A stretch of DNA of 63,956 nucleotides, filler included, from Chrysochromulina tobinii (Eukaryota), in NCBI GenBank assembly GCA_001275005.1. It is 7 parts of 7 records of this genome, joined end to end, with 100 filler letters (N's around TTAATTAATTAA, not from the genome) between each part and the next. Parts side by side here need not be neighbours in the genome. Positions count along the whole stretch, not along the records: positions 1 to 6,982 come from JWZX01000534.1; positions 7,083 to 14,462 come from JWZX01000535.1; 5 more parts are not named here. One strand, 5' to 3'. Position 1 is the first letter of the stretch; each line of letters begins with the position of its first letter. Below the pieces are notes generated by a model. That model searched no databases. It was not told the origin of the DNA and was given only the letters and a program-made list of their open reading frames with translations. Of the stretch, positions 1 through 10,300 are shown in pieces. The position numbers and the translations under genes were made by a program.

Positions 1-3000
1 CCCCCTCCCCCCTGCCCCCTCCGAAGGCCCATCGGGAGTGCGGCCGGCTCGAGCGTTGCGCTCATCACGGCGCATGCGTACCAGCAGTGACGCGAGGGAG
101 GCTGCTGTGGGATACTCGAAGAGGATCGTGGGCGGGAGCGCCGTCGTGGGCGCGAGCGCCGTCGTGGGCGGGAGCGCCGTCGTGGGCGGGAGCGCCGTCG
201 TGGGCGCGAGCGCCGTCGTGGGCGCGAGCGCCGTCGTGGGCGCGAGCGCTTGCAATCTCGCGCTCGGCGAGCTCGCGAGCGCTTGCAATCTCGAGCTGAG
301 CTCAATCGACGCGAGAGAGTCGATGCCGGCCTCCACCAGAGGCGTGTCCGCCGAGATTGCACTCTCAGCCAGGGGCGTGCCCGCGGCGGCGCTCCCGAAT
401 CGTCGGCAGAGGCGCCGGACGATGCGTAGCACCGCGCCTTCGAGATCGGCATCTGCGACCTCGAGATCGGCATCCGCGACCTCGAGATCGGCATCTGCGA
501 CCTCGAGATCGGCATCTGCGCGCCACGGCGCGTTCGGTGGCGTCGTGCTGAGCGTCGTGCGGGGGCAGATTCCGCTTCGAGATTCCCTCGGTGGACGTGG
601 CATCGTGATGAGCGAATCCCTAGTAGGACGTTCCGGCGGCTGCATCATGTGCGCCACTTCGAGGTCCAGAACTCGCAGCGCATCCTCGAAGGGGTACGGG
701 ATGCTCGGGACGGCGCCCGGGGCTGAGTGGCAGGCCCTCGACGAGAGGAGCTGCCGTTGGAGTTCGAACCACTGGCGCCGGTTGCATTCGAGGTACTCCT
801 CTGCCCGCCATCCCGCATGGCATGCCTCCGTGACGCTCTGCACGTGGCTGCGCAGCTCAGCTCGTATCTCCGGATCGGACGCGGCGGCTTGCAGCAGCGC
901 GTCGGTGGCGTCGCTCGCGCTCACGTGGTTGATGCGCACTCTTTGGAGCGTCGTCCCGGGCGTCATCACGCTCGCTACCGGCACGCCGCCTTGGCGCCAG
1001 AACCTCGTGATCATCTTCGCCGCCCAGTTGACGCCGTTGACGTGACCGATGAGAGGCAGCCCGCTCGCCCGAGCATCCAAATATGGTTCGACCATGACCC
1101 ATGTGCCGCGCCCTACCATGCCGTCCGCCCCCATCCATGCCCGGCCGAAGAGGCGCTCGTTGCCTTCGTTGACCTCGAAGCCGACGCACTTGCACACAAT
1201 GTCCGCCAGGTGGAAGCTGCCGCGGTCGGTCTCGATGCCGTCGGGACGGAAGCGTCGAGTGAGCGCGACCTCACTGTGAACGAGGCCAAGGTGATGGGCG
1301 AGAAAGTACATGTCGGACACGCTCACCGAATGCCCGTCCGGTCGGAAGCGCCCTTTGCGCCAGCACTCGGGCGGGCTGGCACCGGCAGCTTGATAGGCGC
1401 GCTGCCACTGCGCGATCACCATCCCACTGCCCTGCTTATGGTGGTCAAAGTCGGCTGTGAATGGTCGGACCAGATTGACGTAATCGAGGATCGCGGGGCA
1501 CACGAGCCCATGGCGCCGCACGAGGAACGTCACGTGGGCAGCGCCATGCTCCAAGGCCGTGCGGCACTGCTCGATGGCGTACGGCCCGTGGCCGATGATG
1601 ACGACGCGAGCGTTGGCCCACGGGAGGCCCACATTGTCGCCGCTCAGCCCGCGCACGACCGGCCCACCAAACGATCGCTCCCCTTCAAACGTGAGCTGGC
1701 GAGGCGGGCCGAGTCGGCGGTTGGTGCAGAGCAGTGCGAGCCGGTGCGCCGTCAGCGCGAAGCGCTCGGGGGACGTGTCCGCGCCTCGGCTCCGCCAGCC
1801 GCCGACGCAGACGGCGGCTTCGTCGTCGCGAGCGCGGCGCACGACCGTGACGTTCGCTCGCAGGTGCAGCTGAGCCTCGAGCTCGTACTCGACGATGAGC
1901 CGGCGGATGTCGTCGATGATCTCGTGGAAGAACGAGTGGTCCGTGTTCGGACGCTCCCGCGACACCTACCGGTATGCAAGAGGCCATCAGTGCCAACCAT
2001 GTGAGCGATTTCCGTTGAGGAGACTCGCGGGCACTCAGGAATCATCAGAGAGCCATCAGAGGGCCATCAGAGGGCCATCAGAGGGCCATCAGAGGGTCAT
2101 CAGAGGGTCATTAGAGGGTCATCAGAGACGCTATCAGAGAGGCCACCAAAGGGCCTTCGAAGAGCGTGCAGGTGCCCGGAGTGCACCTGCATGCGGTACG
2201 CGGGTTCCGTCGAGTTCACTCGGGAGTGAGGATTGCCGAAGGCGCGCCAAACTCCACCAACGGAGGGCCTCGCCTCGAGGATGGCTGCCTGCACCCCCGC
2301 GCGGCGGAGGGCAGCGGCCATGCTTAGCCCGGTGATCCCGGCGCCGATGATCACAGCTTCGCAGCTTGTGGGGAACTGGGCGACGGGGCGTGCGGCCGCG
2401 ACGGCTGCATCGAGGGCGCAGACGGCAGCATGGGCTGCGTGCACGCGCTCCGTTGTGCTCAGATGACGGGTGAGCTGCGCATTGCTCTGTGTGGCCACCA
2501 GCACGTGGTGCACCTCGCTGATCATGCTGGTGGACCAGCCCTCAAACTGGGCAGTTGCATGCGGGGGGGACGAAGGGAGGATGCACCCGACAGAGCACTG
2601 AGCACTGGACGAGGGAGCCCTGAGCACCATCGCGACGCTCGCGAGGTACTCCTCGAGCGAGATGCGCACCATGCCCGCACGAGACGCCATCATGTCAGAA
2701 GCGAGCGCCCCTATCCCTTGCTGAGCCACATTCGCCATCTGGAGGCTCGAGATGGCAAGCCCCGCCGACCGACCGATCGCACCAACGGCATCGAGGTACG
2801 AATTGGCAGCCGAGTAGGCCCCGGTGCCCCGGTACACAGCGGCGATCGCGAGCGCCGCGAGGGACGAAAGCAGCAGCCTGGCCTCGAGGCAGAGCTGCCG
2901 GCTGGCCTGATCGAGCAGGTGAGCCCCTCGTGGCTTGGGTCCCCACAGATGGTCCCTGAGCACGGCAGGCGCGGCGGCAGAGCCGAGGAGGGCCGAACCG

Positions 3001-6000
3001 AAGGCACTGGCGGCGTGAATGAAGCTCGACGGCTGTGAACAGCGACGAAGCGTCGCACAGACGTCCGCCACGTCGCTCACGTCGGCGGCGCAGATGTGCA
3101 CGACAGTGCCCCCTTGAGATTGCAGCGAGCTCAGCTGCGCCTCGAGGCCCTGTCCGGTCCGAGCCACCTGCGCACTCCGAGCACCGTACTGGGCACCACG
3201 AGCGGCGAGCAGCACGTGTGCTGCCCCTTGCTGCACAAGCAGTCTTGCCGCAGCCAGCCCGAGGCCGCCGAGGCCTCCCGAGATGACGTAACTCTGGCCG
3301 AACGAGCCCGAAGAGGCGCGGCTACCCGCCGTGCATGCAATCGGGAGTGCTCTGCGCAGCCGAGCGACTTGAGGGTGATAGCCGAAGCATGCGAGCTCCG
3401 ACTCACCCGCAACGGTGCTCGTCAGCGCTACGAGTGAGCTTGGGTGAAAGCCCAGCCCGACGTCTGCCGTGATGACGCGGAACGGAGTGGCGTGCTCGTG
3501 ACGAAACACACGCATCAAGCCCCAAGCGCCGCCGTGGGCGCAGTCCGCCAGAGCGCGAGATGCATGCAAGCTGGGGGCGGCCTGCACGCTGCGTGTCAGC
3601 ACCAACAGTGCCATCTCGCAGCGGAGGTTCTCGTAGGAAAGTAACCGTACGGCTACATGAAGCAGCAGGATGGCGCCCTCAACGGAAGGTGCCGAAGTTT
3701 CGTGACCGGTGAGAACCACGGCCACAGCGCGCCACGCACCGAGGCGCAGCGGCGATGGCGCAGCCGCCGCGCTGCCTCTCCACCCCGTATGTAGCAGCAG
3801 CAGCGGAGGTGCACTGGAGGAGGTGCTCACCAGAAGGGGGCTATGGGCCATCGCCCAGCAAGTGGCATAGGTGCTGATGCGAGCGTCTCCCGCTCCAATT
3901 GCAACTCCAATCAAGGGAGGCGGCCGCCAATGAAACGCGCGCCGAAACTGTAACGGTCGAGGTCGCGATGAATGGTATGGGGGCTGGAAGGGCGGAGGGG
4001 ATGGAGGAGCGTTCATGTGCAGCAGAACGTGCGCGATCGTGCCGCTGAAGCCGAACGAGCTCACCCCGCGCGCGCCTGTGCACGCGCTCCGCACCTCCTG
4101 CGTTGGCAGCGCCAGCCGATCGCACAATGAGCCGAGCCGCGCCCTCACCAAAGGGTTCAACAGCCGCAGGCGCGCGTTGCCACACGCACGCTGCACGCGC
4201 AACGCCTGCAGCATGCCGTGCAGACCGGAGGCCGCCTCCGAGTGGCCCACATTCGCCTTGCCGCCGCCCACCGTCGCCGCTGCCAACCGAACACCGTGCA
4301 CGGACGCGAGCGCGCCAGCCTCGGTCGGATCGCCCAAGGCCGTGCCCGTGCCGTGCAGCTCCAGACCCACCACCTCGGACGCCGTGAGCGACGCACGGCC
4401 CAGCGCGCCCGTGAGCAACGTGCGCTGCGCCGACCCATTCGGCGCCGTCAGGCTCGCCGACCGACCGTCCTGACGCACAGCGCACCCGCACAGCACCGCG
4501 ATCGATCGCGCGTCGCCGCGCGACAGCACGAGCGCGCCCACACCCTCAGAGCGCACGTACCCGTCCGCAGCCGCGTCGAGCGTCTTGCATCGGCCGCCCG
4601 CCGACAGCATCCCCGCTTGCGACGCGATCAGCGCGCCGTGCGGCGACAGCTTCAGGCTCACCGCGGCTGCGACCGCCCATCGGCACTCGCTCAAGCACAC
4701 CGCGTGCGTCGCACACTGCACCGCCACGAGCGCCGACGAGCACGCCGTGTCCACGCTCGAGCACGGACCGTGCAGGCCAAGCACGTACGACAGCCGCCCG
4801 CTCGCCACCGACACATTGTCGCCCGTCAACGCGTACGTCGTGCCGCGCACCGACGGCGGCTGCACAAGCGCCCAGTCGGGCCGCTCGATGCCCACACACA
4901 CGCCGCCGTCGCTCCCCAGCAGCGACGCACGCCGCTCGGCTGCGCCGTGCAGCGCATCGTACCCGAGCTCGAGCACCAGCCGCTGCTGCGGGTCCATCGC
5001 GCTTGCCTCCGCCTCCGACAGCCCGAACGCGCTGATGTCCAGCAGCTCGGCGCCGAGCACGAAGCCGCCGTGCGGAACGCTCGGCGCCTCGGACGTGCTC
5101 CAGCGTGTCGCCGGCACGCGTCCGATTGCATCACCGCACGCCGCCTGCAGCTGCTCGTACGCTCGCTCGCTGCTGTTGCTCCCGGGCCACCGGCTTGCCG
5201 ACCCGACCACCACTATCGCCGTCGTCGCGCCCGAGCCGGCAGGCGTGCGGGCGAGCGCGGCGGACGGCTCGGCCGCACGCCCGTGCACATGATCCGCGAT
5301 CGCACGCGCGGTCGGCTGCTCAAAGACGAGCGTCGCCGGCAGCGCCACGCCAGTGAGCGCGCGCAGCTGCATCGAGAGCTCCGTCGCTGCGAGCGAGTCG
5401 ATGCCCGCCTCCATCAGCGGCGTGTCTGCACTCAGCGCGGCGGCGGCAGTCCCGCCAGCGAGCTTGCGCACGATGGAGACAATAAATTCGTATGGGTTTT
5501 TCCAGCTGCCTGCAAAGGGGCATGGGGCCTTTATGCTCTCTGTATCCGTATTCGTGAGTCTCTCGACGACCTCCATGTGTTTGCTAAGGGGTGCGCCTCG
5601 CACCCACGGGAGCTCCGTTGTCTGACCTGCGCCATGCGGCATGCGCATCGAGAAGGCGAGGCACGCTGCGAGTTCATCAAGTGTGATCGGGTGCATCTCT
5701 CTGAGCTGCCCGTCTGAAAAGACCCTGACGCTCATCCCAGCGCCGCTCACCGCAGGAAGCTGAAGGCTGGTGCTCACAAGACCTTGCATACGACGGTACG
5801 GGGCAAGCGAGTCCATGTATGCATTGGCAGCCGCGTAGCTTGCTTGACCAGCTTTGCCCAAAAGGGACGCCACAGATGAGAAGAAGCTCGCAGCCTCCAA
5901 CGGGCTCTGGGCTGCCGATGTGTGAATGTGCCATGCAGCGCCAGACTTGGGTGCAAACACATGTCTGAAGTCGTCAGCTGGCAAGAAGCGGAGCGTCTTG

Positions 6001-6982
6001 TCCCGAAGCACACCACTTGCATGCACCACGCCAGCAACTACCACGTGGCGAAACAAGGAGACGATCTCGGCGGTGTCACCCACATCCGCTGCAACGATGT
6101 GAAGATGCTGCGCTCGGTGTTCCAATCCACTCCGCTCAGAAAGGAGCCGCGCGCTCCGTGCTACAAGCACGATGCCAGCTGCGCCCTGAACGAGAAGCGA
6201 CGTCGCGACTCGCGTCCCAAGACCACCTAATCCGCCTGTGACCACATATTGGCTACCTGGCATGTGCGCGGTGGCACTCGTTGATGCTGTCTGTGCTGCC
6301 TCCCGCAGCCGCGGCACACGGCTGCCTGACGCGTGCCATTCTGTCTCTGTTGCTGCCGTAGGAGAGTCGAGTAGCCAAGCCAAGCGCTCGGCTGCAACCT
6401 CAGACTGCCGCGACATGGCACAGCAGATGCGCATATCTACCTCGGTGCGCAGTACTCGTAAAAGTCCCCAGACGCCAGAGTGCGCTGTGCCGGCTGTTGC
6501 GCAGCTCAGGTTGGTCTCGAAGGCGCTGCGCATCAGTACGAGCACGCGAGGATGAATTTTCAAGCTCGAAGCCAACTGAATAAGTGCAAGCGTAGCGGCC
6601 ATGCCTTGTAACGAGGGTGCCAAATCGGTGCTGCCGGTGAGTATAATGGCCACCGCTTGCCACTCGCGAATACGTGCCGACTGCAGGCCTTTGCGTTGCG
6701 AATGCTGCATGCAAAGCAACCAGGAGGAGGAACACAGAACCTTGGTTTCGTGGGGATGTGGGACCCAGCATGTCGCAAAAGACCGTATGGTGCGATCGGT
6801 ATACGGGCACAAGGACGGGGCGTGCCAAAAGAATCGGAACCGGGTGTAGAGCCGCTGGGCCAGAAGAGTCCGCTCAAAAGTAGGGATGAGCGATGCGCGT
6901 AGAACGACATGCGCGATCGTGCCGCTGAAGCCAAACGAGCTCACCCCGCGCGCGCCTGTGCACGCGCTCCGCACCTCCTGCG
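1..6982 (-). CDS. Modular type I polyketide synthase fragment, AT-less: [KS end]-KR-ACP-KS-KR-flavin monooxygenase-ACP; exons 6982-2187 and 1965-<1; open at both ends
   Basis: ORF 2100..6974 shows KS end GVSSFGFSGTIAH, KR (GGLGGLG, YAAAN), ACP (GIDSLA), intact KS triad (DTACSS, HGTGT, NVGH), second KR (GGLGGLG, YSAAN), then GAGITG FAD motif. My translation from 1965 downward continues VSRERPNTDHSFFHE...VVIIGHGPYA...KCVGFE...EAGIDSLASIEL...ILFEYPT and I found no stop before base 1. No AT (GHSxG) motif seen. Confidence 0.93.
128..292. repeat. 18-bp tandem repeat (6 full + 1 partial; encodes ALAPTT/ALPPTT) plus adjacent ~20-bp duplication, inside ACP coding sequence
   Basis: GTGGGCGC/GGAGCGCCGTC units at 128-249; CGCGAGCGCTTGCAATCTCG twice at 241-293. 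Confidence 0.95.
441..519. repeat. 21-bp tandem repeat (about 4 copies; encodes ADADLEV on - strand)
   Basis: CGAGATCGGCATCTGCGACCT repeated directly upstream of the ACP. Confidence 0.95.
1966..2186 (-). other. Spliceosomal intron (221 nt, phase 0) in PKS, filled with an 11-bp CCCTCTGATGG/A tandem repeat
   Basis: CAG|GTGCAC...ACCGGTAG|GTGTCG. Removal joins PAYRMQ to VSRERP in frame. About 9 repeat copies at 2043-2140. Confidence 0.85.
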
Positions 6983-7082
6983 NNNNNNNNNNNNNNNNNN
7001 NNNNNNNNNNNNNNNNNNNNNNNNNNTTAATTAATTAANNNNNNNNNNNNNNNNNNNNNNNNNNNNNNNNNNNNNNNNNNNN
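6983..7082. other. Artificial contig linker N44-TTAATTAATTAA-N44 (also 14463-14562, 27513-27612, 35336-35435, 60362-60461, 62177-62276)
   Basis: Six identical 100-nt spacers carrying stops in all six frames. Confidence 0.99.
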
Positions 7083-7365
7083 CCAGCTTGGGCGTCGGGG
7101 TCCGTCGTCGGGGGACCGAAGACAGTGACGAAGGGCGAATTTTGCATTCACAGTCCGTCTGGGCTGAGAATGAGGATTGAGCTGGCACAAACCACAATTT
7201 CCGAGAGCCCCAAGCACCCCGATGATGACCCAGGGGTTTGTGCCAGCTCAATCAGTTGTTTAAAATTAAGTCTCATCACGTTGCGAATCGACCCTTGATG
7301 ACCCTCAATCAATTCCGGAAGAGAAGTTGGTCTTGGAAGCCAATTTGCCCCGCGCTGCTCATCAC

Positions 7366-10300
7366 ATGCCCAAGAAGGGCGAGGACGCAGGCCGTCAGAA
7401 GTCGGCGCGGTCATCCAGCCCGCGGTCTGGACGGCCGACCGCGCCGGCCGCACTGGCGCCCAAGGGAGCTGCGCCAGCCAAAGCGGCACCTCAGACGTCC
7501 GCCCCGGTCTCCAAAGAGGCTACCCCGGTCCCTCGGGCGGCGATGAAGACGGTAGAGCCGAGTCCCGAGGCGGATGAGCCCTATGTCTACCCAGATGGTC
7601 GAACCTACCCCGTGGATGGTGTTTCGCTCTGCTGCCTGAAGCCAAACTACTTTCCACGGAGCTGGGCCATCGCTTTGATCAACGCTCCGTTCTTTGACTC
7701 GTTAGTCCTCCTGGTGATTACTGTCAACACCTGCTCGATGGTGTGGGAGTCTCCGTTGGACGAAGAAGGCACGTGGAAGTCGGGCATTATTGCTGTGCTT
7801 GAGGTCATATTCCTTTGGGTGTACACAGTCGAAATGTTCCTCAAAATGTTGGCATACGGCGTCATCGGCAACAAGCGTGCCTACATGCACGATCCTTGGT
7901 GTGTCCTTGACTTTATCGTCGTGAGCTGTGCGTGGGCCCCGATCCTGCTCGCGAACGTCGCACTTCCAAGCATGAATTCGCTCCGTGCGCTGCGGGCGTT
8001 CCGCGCGCTGCGCGCCATGAAGATCATCCCCGGCTTGAAGTTGATCATCGATAGCATGCTCGACGTGATTCCGAAGCTGGGGAACGTCACGGCGCTCTTC
8101 ATCTTCGTTTTTGTCGTCTTCGGCACCATCGGCATGGAGCTCTTCGAAGGCTTGCTGCACTACCGGTGCGCGTACGCAGGCTTCGAGCCGGGTGTCTCCG
8201 ACGAGGCCGACTTCGACTCCGAGGTTGCATGCAACCCCAAGGCGCCCGCGTCGGACTTTTGCGGCCAGGGCGAGACGTGTGCGTACTTCGAGTCGTTGCC
8301 GTTCTACGGGATGATGTCGTTCGACAGCGTGCCGCTGGCGATGGTGACGTTGTTGTCGGCCACCACCTGGGATACGTGGGAAACTTCCATGTTCTGCCTG
8401 ATGGACATCACGGGTAACTGGTGGTGCCTTCTGTACTATCTGGGCATCATCATCCTCGGAGGCTGCTTCGCCCGCAACCTGTTCCTGGCGGTGCTCTTCG
8501 AGGAGTTCACGCAGCTTGGCCGCGTCAACGTCGCCACCGAGAAGATGGAGAAGCGCGCCGCGGAGCTCAAGGGCGAGATCGAGGTCAAGGAGGAGAAGGT
8601 CGTCCCTACGGGCTTCCTTGCGGATTTGGCTAACTCCTCCTTGCTGTCTGGCGCGTCGATCTTGCTCGTGCTGGTCAACATGGTCCTGATGTGCATGCCA
8701 TACTATGGCATGAGCGACGAGTATGCGGCGAACCTCGAGCTCGCCGGCAGCTACATCACCTACGCCTTCGCGTTCGAGATGGGTATCAAGCTGCTCGGCC
8801 TTGGATGCGGCGGCTACTGGTCGGATGGGTGGAACTGCCTCGACGGCACGATCGTGCTCATGTCACTCAGCGAGATCCTCGTGACGCAGGTGCTCTCGTT
8901 CCTCGCGGACGGCTCGGTGCCGCAGATGTCCTTCCTCCGCATGCTGCGACTCTTGAGGGTCGCGCGCGCACTTCGTCTGATGAGGTCGTGGCAGGGGCTC
9001 TACAGTGTCGTCGCGACGCTGCTCCGGGTGGCTCCGAAGATCTCGTCCCTGTTCTGCGTGACCTTCGTCATCATGCTCGTCTTCACGCTCGCGGGCATGG
9101 AGTTCTTCGGCGGCATCTACACCGAGGACGCCGGCTACTCCGAGGTGCCCTGTCCCGGCGCCGTCTGCCCCAACCCTGACCTCGCGGAGAAGCCGTACTA
9201 CGCCAACTTCGACTACTTCTATCCTGGGATGCTCTCCGTCTTCATCCTGTTCACCGGCGAGTGGGTCGACTCTTCGCTAGCGGCGGCGTCCGTGCTCGGT
9301 CCGAAGGTGCTCTTCTACTTCATCCCGTGCATGTGCGTCGGCAGCTTCCTCGTGATGAACATCTTCATCGGCATGGTGCTCTCGGCCTTTGGCGAGGAGG
9401 ACGAGGAGGAAGAAGGAGAAGAGAAACCAGCCCCGGAGGAGCCTCCCGCGCCCGCCGCGCCCCACTCGGACCTGCGCGAGGAGATGCCCTGGCCGCAGGA
9501 GCACTCGCTCTGCCTCTTCGGCCCGCGCAACATCCTGCGCCGGGCGTGCGAAGGCATCGTCTCCAACAAGGTGTTTGAGCAGTTCATCCTGCTCATCATC
9601 CTCGCGTCGTCGTACTCCCTCGCCATCGACACTCCGCTGCTCGATCCGGAGTCGGCCACCGCGGCTCTTCTCACGCTGTCCAACTACATATTCACCGCCA
9701 TCTTTGTCTCGGAAATGCTCCTCAAGATCATCGCCTACGGCTTCGCCTTCACCGAGCGTGCCTACCTCAAGGACGGCTGGAACCAACTCGACTTCTTCAT
9801 TGTGGTCGTCTCCGTCACCGTCATCGCTGCCGAGGTCCTCGACATCCCCGCCCTCGCGCCCCTGACGTCGTTCCGCGTCCTGCGCGCGCTCCGGCCACTC
9901 CGCCTCATCGGGCGCATCGAATCGATGAAGGTCATCGTCTCCACGCTCATCCGCTCCATCCCCGCTGTCCTCAATGTGGGCATGGTCTACTTCTTCATCC
10001 AGAGCGTCTTCGCCATCCTGGGCATGCAGCTCTTCGCGGGCACCTTCGCGATGTGCCAGGAAGACCCCACGATCAAAGGCAAGCACCATTGCGAGGACCA
10101 GGGGTACCTGTGGGCCAACCCGCCGGGCAATGCGTTCGACGACTTCGGCCAGGCGAGCCTTACGCTCTTCTTGCAGACCTCGGGTGACCTCTGGGAGACG
10201 GAGATGTTCCAGGCAATGGCCGCCTCGGCCCCGGGCCATATCCCCGTGCGGAACGACTTCTCGCCCGCGGCGCTCTTTTCGATCGCGTGGATGTTCTTTG

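Noticed and set aside
38..2004. Long + strand ORFs 38..1045 and 727..2004, and similar ones such as 4218..5717, 60791..62170 and 62513..63955
   Set aside because: Antisense shadows of real genes, expected in high-GC coding DNA; no domain motifs.
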